DNA from: Octopus vulgaris
Taxonomy: Eukaryota
Assembly: GCA_951406725.2 (NCBI GenBank)
Contig: OX597821.1
Span: forward strand, 53,444,001 to 53,508,000
Direction: 5' to 3'
Length of the DNA: 64,000 bases
The translations under genes were made by a program, and so were the position numbers. Positions 40,584-53,697 of the stretch are shown one piece after another. Below the pieces are notes generated by a model. That model saw only the letters and a list, made by a program, of their open reading frames with translations. It had not been told where the DNA came from and made no database searches. The stretch's first letter is position 1. The number at the start of each line of letters is the position of its first letter.

Positions 40584-41115
40584 ATATTCCCGTTTGTGGT
40601 GTGGTATGGTGTATCATTGAGGTAATTGATTGAGTTATTGACCATTCATACGTGTTTCGTAGCAGAAATATTTGTCCATATGTTACCTTCCGAACGAAAA
40701 CTAATTGACACCACCTGTTGTGATGATGCTTTCGCCGCGTAAGTCATTTGAAGGCATTTAAATCTGGAAACAAATTTCCTGTTCGCATCAATGATACCTC
40801 ACACGCATATCCATACAAATAGCACAATGTAACACAGGGTGAAATATATCGGTAGATAAAAAACGTATTGAATTCTGGGATTCCAATAGAAAGAAACATT
40901 TTATGGATATATCGGTAAATAGAAATGAATATCAGACGCATAATATAGTGAAGGTATTACTTCCAAATATATTAGTACAACTAACAGTAAACAGTTCCTT
41001 GGTTACACCTATATTCGGTTGTAATTTACTGAACGACGTCAAATTTTCGCATTTAGCATTTACCCTACCTCCCCCCCCCTCTCTCTCTCTCTCAAACTTC
41101 CTTTCCTCTTTTCTC

Positions 41116-41176
<61 letters not shown>

Positions 41177-41723
41177 GAAAATACAAACTGCGACAAAACA
41201 CACCATATGGTTTTATTAGTTCTGTGATTTTCCTGTCGTACCTAACAGCAGATTGAGTACTTAGTCACATTGCACTGGTATCTTTTGAACTGATATTTTT
41301 AAACATAAATTTGCTCATATCTGCATTCATATACAAATGCGTGTGTGGAGAGGGGGTGAATATATGGCAGACATATAGTCAAGTAAGATTATGTGATACT
41401 TGTTTGTGTCCAAAGTGGACTAAGGCATTTTAAACTTCGCTTTCGAATTTTATACAGCGAGTACAAGTCATGCATTTGGCTGACACAATAAAAATATATT
41501 TAAATGATGTAGTTCCAGTAGGAGCAACAGAAATGTGAACTTATATATATTAAGCGTTAACTTTGATCGCATATATGAGAAAATTTCATTTATTACACCC
41601 AACCTCTTTTGTAGCTTTAACAAATATATTAGTAAATTCAATATTATGAAGGTATACTTATCTCTCTGGCAAAGGAAAATACACCGATAATCACCGCAAA
41701 ATTTCTCAGTGGTATTCAAAAGA

Positions 41724-41750
41724 ACTTACCTGGAAAGGAAATAAAACATA
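41724..41750 (-). promoter_or_regulatory. Candidate recursive splice site (3'SS directly abutting 5'SS)
   Basis: Minus strand reads TATGTTTTATTTCCTTTCCAG|GTAAGT. Confidence 0.5.
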
Positions 41751-42489
41751 TTTTAAAGAATGATGTAAGATAAGTTACTCATAGAAATTAGAATATATTC
41801 ATGAGAACCATTATAATATAACTGACATCACATATACCACAAGGCGAATTAATACATAATTGGAAAGGAAAAACAAGGCAACATTACCGCAGGCTTATTT
41901 CAATATTCTGTCATTGAAATATCTTTTGTTGGAAATTTCCATACATAAATAGTGTATTTGATTACATTATGATTATTGTTCATTAACTTGAGGAATTGTC
42001 TCTGAAATATAAAATACCTCTGAGGTAAGTTTCCCTGCATTACATTTTTAATAATTCTCTATGTTAACTATAGTATGTAGCGTTTTAGCAGGAGTAACAG
42101 TGCCCAAGGTCTTTGGGAAAATATTGGGACACCAATTGCAAAAAGGCAATAAGAAATGTTTTATAACAAATATACGAATGAAGGTACTATACCAAAGGTA
42201 TCCAAAGGTTGACCAATAAGTTTAAAAGAGTTAGTAATGAGTAAGATATTTTAATAACATTATAATTTACTTCGAATTATGTAAACTTATAGCCTTTAAT
42301 TATTATTTCTTTAGCGAAGTGAATGGTTTCCTAAACATTCTTGTGTTTCTCTGCTAACTAGTTGGATGTTAGGATTTGAAGGTTGATATTTGTTGAAGTA
42401 AAATAGTAAAAAAGATTCATTGGAAAGGAAATATCGAAGAAAAAAACCACGTTAGATGTAAAATTTTAATAAAGATTAATGTTGCTTTC

Positions 42490-42680
42490 TATTTTTGACA
42501 TAAGGCCAACAACTTAGGAGGTGGGGCCAAGTCGATTACATCAACTCCATTACGCAAGTGGAATTTAATTTAACAACCTGAAAGGATGAAAGGCAAAGTC
42601 GATCTTGGCGGAATACGAATTCAGGACAAAGGTGGATGAAATACCGCTAAGCATTTTGCCCAGCATGCTTATGATTCTGT
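42490..42680 (-). mobile_element. Family B SINE, decayed
   Basis: GAAAGGATGAAAGGCAAAGTCGATCTTGGCGGAAT...ATACCGCTAAGCATTTTGCCCAGCATGCT. Confidence 0.8.
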
Positions 42681-43470
42681 ATTGGAGGAGGGAATAGGGT
42701 TTATTGGTCCAGTAGATCGCAGAACGTTTGTACTTAGTGTAGAGAGTGCAGGGGTTGGTACGCTAGTAGCCCATGCTTATTAGAGAATGATGGTTTGTCT
42801 ATCAGACGGTAATAATATTTTTGATTCAATTTAGAATGTTTATGTGAGCAACAGTTGTTTTCTGGTTGCTTTTAATGTTTAACCTCGTGTCACTGACCAT
42901 ACAAAGAAGGAAAATCCGTACAGTCATGAACAGTTCGTCTTTAATTTGGGCGTTGTCTATCAAGGGATATATGTCCGTCTTTTACGTGAAGAGAGCATGT
43001 TTCATGTTCTGTTCCTCGTAGATAAAATTAGTATGCAAAGCTCTTTCTTTTTGTTCGTATGTGAGCAAAAATTTATCGTAAATAAATTCGTAACTGATTA
43101 GCAATAATTCAAAGGTGAAGTATTTTCTAGCCATAAGTTTAAATAAATATTCAAATTAATTACTGTATCGAAACAACGTTTTCAGTATGGTGTCTAAAAT
43201 CGTATTTTAACCAACTTGAAGTCTTCCATTTATTTCTGAGGAAATTGGACAATCCCGCTCTAGTAGTTAATGCAAATAAAGTGACAATTTCTACAATAGT
43301 AAGATCTTTTCAACAAAAGCCGAATATTTTCTGTCTAAAATCTACAATCTGAAGACTTAGAAGAATGAAATTTACTGAGAATCAATTTTTGTAAAAGATA
43401 ACGAATTTACATAAGTTCCAAATTATCTATTTCAATTTGCAACGGTCATATATAGTTAGTGTGTAACGTT

Positions 43471-43559
<89 letters not shown>

Positions 43560-44419
43560 ATGTGTGTGTGTGTGTGTGAACTCAGTACTCTTATACGTAT
43601 CGCCATACGAGAAAAATGTTCTACATATAAAATCATTTAGGCGAGGAAGGTATTTTATATTTGTTAGTATAGACGAGAATTGGCTTGAATATTATGAAAT
43701 GAATTCATCCGTGTCCTTCTCCGACGATTACAAGAAGAAATATTAAATATGAGGATAATAAGGATTCATTGAAAGATATTTAAGATGTAGCAAGCAAATT
43801 TCAAACCTATAGAAATGCCCAGCACTTCGCAACGAAACAACTTTTCATCTTAAACGACCACTTCATTGGATTTTCGTATTAACAATATTGAATAGCTTCC
43901 TGGTCACAACTTATTGAAGAAAAGTACGAAACATAGGTAAAAAGATTAAGAAAAGAGAGAAATAAAAATATCAGCTAATGGAATTTTTGATTTCTCTCCT
44001 CTTTTTTTTTTACATCCGTGAAACAATTGAATTCAGAAATTAAATCACGAAACTAAACAATTATTGTAGCACAATAATAGACGAATCTAAATTTTAACAC
44101 TCTCAAAACTAAGCTCGTATTTCAGCAATATTGATTTCAGTATATTTTTTTAAAGATGTTACTTTTCTTACTAAAAATAGTAATGTAGGCAGATAGATTG
44201 AATGCGTGTCTCCGTGTTATTTCATTATAACATGACTAAGGCGATGAACGTGTATACGAAGAGATAAATGTGAAGATGTTTAGAAATATTTATAACACAT
44301 TCTTTTCTTTTTAATAACATATATATTTAACAGCCACTATATTCGTCAAACAGGAAAAGAACGTTTTATTAAACTTTTCGAATCACTTTGCCTAGCTCTA
44401 TAGATAAGAAAATCACTTG

Positions 44420-44575
44420 CATGTGTATGGCTGTGTCATTAAGAAGCAACGTTTGCAGTCACGTAGTTTCGGTCGCAATGTACAGTATCTCAGGCAAGTA
44501 TCGTTTACTATGGTTCCAGACCGACCAGTGGCTTCTGCGTGAATGTGGTAGACTGAAACTATGCTAAAGCTCGTG
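44420..44575 (+). mobile_element. Family A SINE head, decayed
   Basis: ATGGCTGTGTCATTAAGAAG...CAGGCAAGTATC...CCGACCA...GGTAGACTGAAACT. Confidence 0.55.
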
Positions 44576-45102
44576 GCATATAACCTAGTATCAATTTAGT
44601 AATAATTGTTTGTACACAAGGTCACTATCACCGACCCTACATTAGTGCTTTCACTATTTAAGTACTTGATTCTCCCGAATCCTGGAAATAAATATATATA
44701 TAGACGATAAAAAAAATGTGTGTCTTTAGGAGGCCATTACCTTTAATAACTAATTAAATAATGTCTTCCTAGCGCAAACGACACACTTCTTACTGTTATA
44801 TTTTCGCCATTTTCTTACTGTCTATATAGATTAAAAACTGGTTAACCCGCCAAATTACCACAGACTATACCTACTACCTGCTGAGGTAATTACCAGGAGT
44901 GCCTTTAGATATATCTATCCCTAAGAGGCTTTAAATACGTCTAACGTAAACCAGCATATATATGTATGTATGTATATACATATATATTTATATATACACA
45001 TATATATATACATATGTATATACCCCTACATTTCCGCATGCGTGAGTGAGCCTGTATCTGTGTACGTATGTAAATACATCTCTCCATATATATAAACACA
45101 AA

Positions 45103-45155
<53 letters not shown>

Positions 45156-45179
45156 ATATACACACACACAAAACACACA

Positions 45180-45212
<33 letters not shown>

Positions 45213-45376
45213 TATACATATATATATACATATATATATATATATACATACATATATATATATATATATATACATATATATATACATATATATATACATA
45301 TATATACATATACATATATATACACACACAGATATATATACATACATACATATATATACATATATACATATATATA

Positions 45377-45427
<51 letters not shown>

Positions 45428-45428
<1 letters not shown>

Positions 45429-46304
45429 GTAAAAGTTATGGGTAATTGATGACTTGCCATTCTATATTTTTAATTTTGCGCAGGTTTAATGTTTGTTTTT
45501 GATTTTGTCAACGGCACAGAATAGTAGGATCAGTTTGGCACCGTCTGTGAGGAAAACAGCACCATGATGCAATTCACTCTGCCATGAATTTGAAAACGAT
45601 ATGCAGTACTGCTTGGCATTTCCCCCGGAAGTTTCAATACGAGCATTTCAGAATGCTTGGGTGTCAATGTGAGAACAGTGGAATCTTAGGGCATATACCC
45701 AAAGTGATAAAAATCAAACATCCAGTCAATATCATGGTGTCTCGAATGATCACTAGTAATGGTGATGTTATGCTTCTATTCATATTTCCACACGGCCTCA
45801 CATTCAATACGGAGGCCTACATCAAGTGCCTGGATGAGGTGGTGTTGCCCTGGGTCTAGAGGGTGGCTGTTGGTAGGCCCTATGTCTGGCAACAGGACTC
45901 TGCACCATGTCACACAAGCAGGAGAACTCAGTCATGGCTGTCAGACAATTTCTGCTTACATCACCCCTAACATATGGCCACCTAACTCCCCACACTGCAA
46001 CCACCTTGATTAATATGTGTGGGGCGCAGTTGAGCAAGAGACCATCGAAACTCCTTGTAACACAAACGATGAACTGAAGGCAAGAATTTTGGCAGAATTC
46101 ACCAACTGAAACAAGGAGACCGTGCAGAAGAGTCACAGGAGATTCCGAAGTCGCCTGGAGGCCCTGGTTGGAGCCAACAAATTTACTCTTTAGTAATTCA
46201 AGATATTTTAATATAATTTTGGTAAATATATCTTTTAAATTGAGATGTCAGTGTTACTTTGATTTTTGCGTTATTTAGACGACATTTTATTCACCATGCC
46301 CTCT
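45428..46304 (+). mobile_element. Internally deleted Tc1/mariner transposon, DD37D (maT)-like
   Basis: KHPVNIMV..ITSNG..FIFPHGL.FNTEAYIKCLDEVVLPW..RPYVWQQDSAPCHTSRRTQSWL..WPPNSPHCNHLD*YVWGAVE; the third catalytic position is D (NxLD), as in DD37D elements. Confidence 0.85.
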
Positions 46305-46313
46305 ACATACATA

Positions 46314-46346
<33 letters not shown>

Positions 46347-46746
46347 GTAAGTGTGCATGCATCTCCTTCGTATGTTATCATTCCACGTTATAAAATGTAA
46401 TTTGCGAAGAAGAAATATCGTCCTATATGCACGTATATTTATATGCATTACATACTGCTCGTTCTATGCTTGATATGTTTACAGTGTTAACATATAAAAA
46501 TATCTTGTGTACTTATTTATTCAATAAGCTATCAGCGATATGGGAACGCTGTTAACATTTCATCTTACATAATTCCGAAACGAAATTTCATAACATCATT
46601 TAAAGTTTTATCATTCAACTGTCAAGTTTTAAATGTTTGAGATTTGTTTTATTATTTGCTTAATCCTCATTAAATATTTAACAACCACTTTCATATTTGA
46701 GCATTTATTTAGCCGTTCACCCATCCGCGCACGTGCGCACATGTAG

Positions 46747-46795
<49 letters not shown>

Positions 46796-48108
46796 TGTGT
46801 GTGTGTATGTATGACTGTATGTATTTATGTATGTATGTATGTGTAAATAATAATGCTTTGAATTAATTTTGACTACATTAGGAAATTTCTAAACGCGCTT
46901 GAAAAATATCCTATATTGAAGCTTCCTTGCATTAAAACATTCTCTCAGTATCTTCCTTTTATATTCATGTCTTCTTAATTTTTTTTTCTTGTAGATCATC
47001 ATGTAGATTTTCTCCTACATCATCCAAGAGAGGATCCAATTAAATATAGAAATTCTTTGCATCTTCCATATCTGTATGAAGATTATGGTTGCTGTAACTA
47101 CTGAACCGATATTATTTTGCTTTTCACCTAACAATTTTGTGATTCTTTCCCAGTAAAATTCTATCTTTGGAAGAGGATAAGTGAAATGGTTACACCCTTC
47201 CATTTCAGTATACACAAAATCAGAATCATGATTTGATGAGGTTATTATTAAATCAAACTTATGATATTTAATTTTCTTTCGCTTACACCACCTCAACACG
47301 CAACACTAAGTAACGAAACTCAGTCATATCCGAACAGTACTTTTTCACTTCTTCGTTTTATTCTAATTATACAGGGTGGGCCATAAGTCATGCACTAAAT
47401 AAGGTCAGTACACTCCGAAATTGTCAAAAACAATTTTTCTACATAGACGTGTATATGGATTCATTTGTGCACGTGTGTGGATATGTACGAGTGTGCGGTT
47501 ATGTATGTATATAGATGTGTGCGTGTGTGCGGGCATAAGAATTCATATATATATAGACGTTTTTACTCAGTATTTTTACAATTTTCCCCTTATTTTCTTT
47601 TGGGCGTATGTATAATCCTCTTTGTGTGTGTGTATGCGCATATAGACGTGTGCGGATATGTACATATATGGGCGTGTGTGTGTGTGTGTGTGCGTGTATA
47701 AGGGCATGCCCGTATATGAAAGTTGTTTACTCTTTGTATACGTCCTTATGCCTTTTTGTCTGTATTGTTACCCTTAACCCTGTTTTTTCTTGTGCTTGTA
47801 CGTATGTAGGCGTATGTATGAACTTTTACGGTGCGCGTGTGTGTGTGTGAGTTTGTATATATATGCATATACATTTGGCGAAAAATGCTAGTGACGATGT
47901 TTACGTTTTCATAGTGATGTATACGTACGCACGTGGGTGCCCGAGTGCACATGTGTACGTATAAATAGGCAAGCTTACGTGATCTCTATGAACTTTTAAC
48001 CTTATCTTAATTAGCAGTCATTCGAATTAGCGCTTGTGTAGTAGTAGCGGACTATAACACAGTAATTTCCCTTTGTATAACGGTCTTTTTTCATAGCGTT
48101 TTTCAGAT

Positions 48109-48179
48109 GGCCAGATAACCTAAGAGATGGTGGTCTGGATTTCCACCTCGGCATCCGAAACTCAGAGTTTTATCTTGGC
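48109..48179 (+). ncRNA. Degenerate hammerhead-like motif
   Basis: Stem I GGCCAGATAA/TTATCT(T)GGCT; altered core CCTAAGA; stem II GATG/CATC with inner GGTGG/CCACC; GAAA-CTCAGAG-TT. Confidence 0.45.
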
Positions 48180-48222
48180 TACCGAATAATTATCACATAT
48201 CATTTTACAGATATATATGTAA

Positions 48223-48292
<70 letters not shown>

Positions 48293-48364
48293 CAAAGTGG
48301 AGTTGTGGGATACTGCACGAGTGGAATTATATACGAAAGAAGGTTTGAAAATGCAATTTAAAAG

Positions 48365-48420
48365 ATGTTTATTTACTTTACCGGTTTCACTCTTTGGAAA
48401 AAGATTGTCAAAAGTAACAT
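48365..48420 (-). ncRNA. Minimal type I hammerhead, U3:A8 variant (left arm)
   Basis: Reverse complement of 48871-48926. Confidence 0.65.
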
Positions 48421-48870
48421 GTAGAAGTTTGATTGCGTTAATTATTGGTTGTTACAAATTGCTACATTACATATATACAGTATTTGTAACAGGGAGATGT
48501 TAAGGACATAAACAAGTTCAACAGGTTCCTTAAAATATTGAGCACAAAAGATTACTACATAAATAATCGTTCTCAAGGAGATGCTTAAGCTAGTTTCCAG
48601 AAAGAATTGATATTGGTATTGGTATTGTATCTGTATATTCTGTGCATGTTTGAATATACAGATACAATACCAATACCAATATCAATTCCTTCTGGAAACT
48701 AGCTTAAGCATCTCCTTGAGAACGATTATTTATGTAGTAATCTTTTGTGCTCAATATTTTAAGGAACCTGTTGAACTTTTTATGTCCTTAACATCTCCCT
48801 GTTACAAATACTGTATATATGTAATGTAGCAATTTGTAACAACCAATAATTAACACAACCAAACTTCTAC

Positions 48871-48926
48871 ATGTTACTTTTGACAATCTTTTTCCAAAGA
48901 GTGAAACCGGTAAAGTAAATAAACAT
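48871..48926 (+). ncRNA. Minimal type I hammerhead, U3:A8 variant (right arm)
   Basis: TTACTT-TTGACAA-T.CTTTT(TCCA)AAGAG.T-GAAA-CCGG-TA-AAGTAA; stem I TTACTT/AAGTAA, palindromic CCGG stem III, GUA site (cut after 48912). Confidence 0.65.
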
Positions 48927-48956
48927 CTTTTAAATTGCATTTTCAAACCTTCTTTC

Positions 48957-49020
<64 letters not shown>

Positions 49021-49021
49021 A

Positions 49022-49288
49022 ACCGAGGGAGTGCCAGCTTATCTGATCAACGGAGTAGCTTGCTCGTGAAACTAGCGTGCAAGTGGATGAGCACTCCAAT
49101 GACTCACGTTCCTGTAACATATTTCACAGGAAGGTTAAGCGTGACACAGATTGTGACAAGGTTGGCTTTTGAAATATAGGTATTACTCATATTTGCCGGC
49201 TAAATGAACTAGAGCAACGTGAAAGAAAGTGTCTCAATCATGGATACAACGCATCGCCAGGAATTGAACTCAAGAACTTGCGCCTTCA
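49022..49288 (-). mobile_element. CORE-like SINE with family C-type tail
   Basis: Reverse complement contains GACACTTTCTTTCACGTTGCTCTAG and CCACTTGCACGCTAGTTTCACGAGCAAGCT. Confidence 0.75.
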
Positions 49289-49513
49289 CATATATATATA
49301 TATATATGTATACCTACAGACATATATGTATATATGTATGCATACGCACACATATATGAGGGAGAGAGAGAGGAGAGAAGCAGAGAGGGAAAAGGAAAGA
49401 GAGAAAGATAGAGGAAGATTTTTGGATATACATGTGACCACATATGTACTAAACAAGTTGGCGAAAAATAGCACTCGAATGTGAAAGTAAACCGCTGCTA
49501 TATTGCAAATTGT

Positions 49514-49760
49514 GGAGCCGCGTAGCTTAGTGGTTAGGGTGTCAGCATCATGATCGTAAGATTGTGGCTTCGATTCCTGGACCGGGCGACGCGTTGTGTT
49601 CTTGAGCAAAACACGCTTCCTTTCACGTTGCTCCAATCCACTCAGCTGGAAAAAACGAGTAACGCTGCGATGGACTGGCGTCCCATCCAGCTGAGAAACA
49701 CCTACATCATAGAAACCGGGAAACCGGGTCCATGAGCCTGGCTTTAAAAAGGGCGCATTT
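49514..49760 (+). mobile_element. tRNA-derived SINE with CORE-like and V-domain-like segments
   Basis: TAGCTTAGTGGTTAGGG A-box, TTCGATTCC B-box, GTGTTCTTGAGCAAAACAC, CTGCGATGGACTGGCGTCCCATCCAG. Confidence 0.85.
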
Positions 49761-49839
49761 ATTTTTATATTACAAAGCTTTTTCATGTAGAAGATCATCA
49801 AATAATAAGGAATATTTTGAACAATGTTAGGACTTATAT

Positions 49840-50080
49840 AAGGCGGCGAGCTGGCAGAATCGTTAGCACGCCGGTTGGAATGCTTAGCGGTATTTCGGCT
49901 GCTGCTACGTTCTGAGTTCAAATTCTGCCTAGGTCGATTTTGCCTTTCATCCTTTCGGGGTCGATTAAATAAGTACCAGTTACGCACTGGGGTCGATATA
50001 ATCGACTTGATCCGTTTGTCTGTCCTTGTTTGTCCGCTAAGCATTTCACCCGGCGTGCTAACGCTTCTGCCAACTCGCCG
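49840..50080 (+). mobile_element. Family B SINE followed by an inverted copy of its own head (50034-50080)
   Basis: AAGGCGGCGAGCTGGCAGAATCGTTAGCACGCCGG at the start; CCGCTAAGCATTTCACCCGGCGTGCTAACGCTTCTGCCAACTCGCCGC at the end. Confidence 0.88.
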
Positions 50081-51296
50081 CACAAAGGAAATGCATATTG
50101 GTAAGAAGAAATGTGGGGGAAGGAAGAAGAGAGGGGGAAGGAAGAAGAGAGAAATATCAAAGAAAAACAGTATGTAAAATTGAATGAGAGAAAAGATATT
50201 GAATGATGATACTGAAACCATGTCCCTAATGTGGGTATATCCATAAGCACGTGGAATGATTGGAAGCCATTAGAAGGAATACAATAGAAAAACTAAATAA
50301 ACAGAGACTTAAAATATAAGAAAGTGGTGAAAGACCAAATCAGTAAAAGACCAAACAAAGGCACACAAAAAAGAAAGCTACCAAATGAAACGGACCAAAT
50401 TTAATTTCATATATAGGAGATCATATAAAATAAATATATATGCATAGGGTTGTGAAAAAAAGAATCAAAATAAATCAATTCATGATAGTATCGATAAATT
50501 TTTTTATAAATGACTGACAAAACAAAGCAGAATAAGATAGAAGATATTATATATGTATATTATATCCTGGTCGATAAAATGTCATATTAAAAGATTAAAA
50601 GATAAAATACAAACCATATATATTCATATAGATTGAATGCTATGGTCGGAACGATAAAATCCCGCAATACTAATATACAGGATTCCAAAATACGAAAGAG
50701 TATCCAACAAATTCGAAGTCATGTTAAAAACAATAAAGCACATAAATGGGAGGGTGGGGGTAAGTCTTAATGATCATGCTGGTATTTCTGTTATAATGAC
50801 TGCAAAATCAGAAACTTCCAAGAATTCCAACTGTTTAATAGTTTCGATGGCCGGCTCAAATGTGATGTCCCAGAAAACGGAATGAAATATTTCCAAGCAC
50901 AACGCGTATATCAGAGAATAGCGAAAAGACATATACGTCAATGGGCTTAAAATTGAGTTTTCAAAATGGCTGTACAAGTTTCTTTTAATTGCCATGCATA
51001 TTTTGATATTCATTTGATGGTCTATTTTCTGGCTTTTTATCACTGCCCCTATATCACACTTCGAATTTCTAAGAAGCGCACAATGGGAGTACTTTTTATT
51101 CTGTTGTTGCTACTGTGAAGGTTTCGAAACTATAGGTTACATATGGATTTAGGAATGCTGTTGCTCCAAATTCAAATAAAGTATTAATAAGGAAACGTAA
51201 AAGTTTACATAGTCATGTCTGTAATATATTGTTTTTGAAATTAAAACTATACTCTTTTCAAATGCCCATACATACACAATCACACAGATATATATG

Positions 51297-51332
<36 letters not shown>

Positions 51333-53527
51333 TACACACACACAAACACACACACACACACACACACATACACGGATATATGCAGATAGATAGATATTTG
51401 TACGCTGGAATCCAATGAAGCAGCCGTGATTCAAATAAATGTGTGACACTTTCGTTTACACGAAACATGGAAAACCCCTTACCTACTGTGCAAGTTCCGG
51501 AAGAAAAATTTTTTGTATAGATTATATATGTGTGGGGACACAGAGCTTGCTTATGAAACATGTCATTATCAAGGATACGAAGCTCCTAATCGTTACGCTT
51601 CCTTAGCTATAGACTACAACTTTTGTTGTACATCTCGTTCAGTATTGCTCTTGTTATGCATAAATGACAAATGATAAATATGCTCCTTACATACACGTGT
51701 TAATTATAGATGTATTCAGTTATCCCCCACCTCTCTCTCTCTTTCTCTCTCTCTTTCTATTTTTACAACGAAATCAATATCGACTTTTCCCAGCAATTTT
51801 TTTCCTTCACGCTTAATGTAGAATTTGTTTAACTAGAAATTTGGACGTTAAGATACTGTAAAATATTATAGTTGATGCACTAACAATTCTTGCAATCCAT
51901 TCCTCTGTATTGACAATTTATTTATCGAGCCAGAGTAGAGGAATGCTCATGTAAACCTCATCAGGATGTTGAAGTCAAATCCTAAAGTGCTTAAATAGTT
52001 CTTTTGGAAACTGCCTTCAATTATAATACTATGGTCATGATGCTGTGTCAGTTTAATATAACTTATTTCCATGACATTTCCCTTGTAATTCTAACATATT
52101 AAGTACAGAATGGATTGTAATGATGTCGATGCAGAAGGAGGAAGAAGAGAACAAATATAATTTTTTTTAGTAACAGACAGCTGACATAGCTGTGTTCGTG
52201 AAAGACAACAGAATAATTTTGACCACATTTTGGAATAATAACGGAGCATAAAGTTAACTAGACTTACTTGACTGAAATTATGGCAGATTAATCAAATAAT
52301 TATTTCACATGTCTACCGTGTGAAATAAAGCAAACATAATTCATAGATACCGTATGTACTTGATATCATCAACTGACATGCAGCTCATAATTATATAGCC
52401 ACTCAAAATACAGTTTATTCCTTCTCATTCTGCACAGGTTTAGCCTTTTTCGAGATTGGTTACTGGTGTTCGCTTGTTCACAACGTCATTTGTTTCAGGA
52501 CAAACAACACATGTTTAGACATATTGCATCTCGAAGATCACTATATTATGTGTTCCTTTTAAAGACAGTAGTGCTAAATCTGAGTGGGTGCTGTTACTTA
52601 TAGGTTTGAAATTATTGAGTCGTTATAACATGAACATAGTTTATGTAGTGATGTAAGCGACACGACTGCAATATCACGTGCATATTTAACATCTTCGTAC
52701 AATTAACACCAGAACAAAATGTGCATATTTTCGTCTAAACAGAATAAAGAATCACTCACGGTTATGAAGGATAACGAAGAATTTCTAGTTAAAAAGGCGG
52801 CATTCTATACCTAAAGAAGCCAAACATTCTATATTTAAATAATGTTGAGCGGAGTAAGACAGGAAGCCAAGAAAGGTAAGTCTGATAGTTTTGTTGATCA
52901 TGACTTTAGAAACGTCATTATATCTAGATAAGTTTCTGTAACGTAAGGAGACACAAATCCAGATTAACATTCAGCGTCATTTACCAAGACTTTAAAAGTA
53001 CAAATCGCTAAACCTCATTCGAACAAAACATATTTTTCTATTTTATGCGAAATTACATAGAATATTAACACAAAGAATTTATAAAGATTAATAAATATCC
53101 TAGGGAATTGTGTGAATCTTCAAGCGCAATATGGAGAGAAAGTATATCTGATTGCGGCTAAGAAATAAATTTTAGAAAAATATCTGTGATATTAAACAAA
53201 CAAGCTGATGTTTTCTTCTGATATCTTAAAATGCTATCGATTCGATTGCAATATTAAAAACTCCATAAGTGAATATTAAAAGTGATAATGAAATTTTTTG
53301 TAAAATAACATATTTCCTGTTTAAATTTTCATTATGAAAATTTCATTGTTAACAGCAAACGCAAACCACCTGCTGCATATCTCCATGTTTGTATGAATGT
53401 GTTTGTGTGTATAAGATATAGAATTCTCAACCAAGGATGTATATATATATATATATATATATACAATGTACTCAGCTCTCAAATGAATTATATATGTATG
53501 TATATATGCATGTTTTATTTTTTAATT

Positions 53528-53599
<72 letters not shown>

Positions 53600-53640
53600 T
53601 ATATATATGTATATACATATATATATATATATTCATATAT

Positions 53641-53697
<57 letters not shown>

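Larger units (their letters stand above)
48291..48960. mobile_element. Head-to-head palindromic insertion of an HHR-bearing element in (TA)n
   Basis: Arms 48328-48640 and 48652-~48963, 11-nt spacer, about 4 differences seen; left copy extends 37 bp further; long (TA)n on both flanks. Confidence 0.93.

Noticed and set aside
49514-49590. tRNA-like A/B boxes
   Set aside because: SINE heads, not cloverleaf tRNA genes.
49286-50221. 311-aa minus ORF
   Set aside because: Chance read-through across two SINEs and simple repeats.
52744-52881. Possible plus-strand exon ending AAG|GTAAGT
   Set aside because: All three frames after the upstream CAG contain stops.
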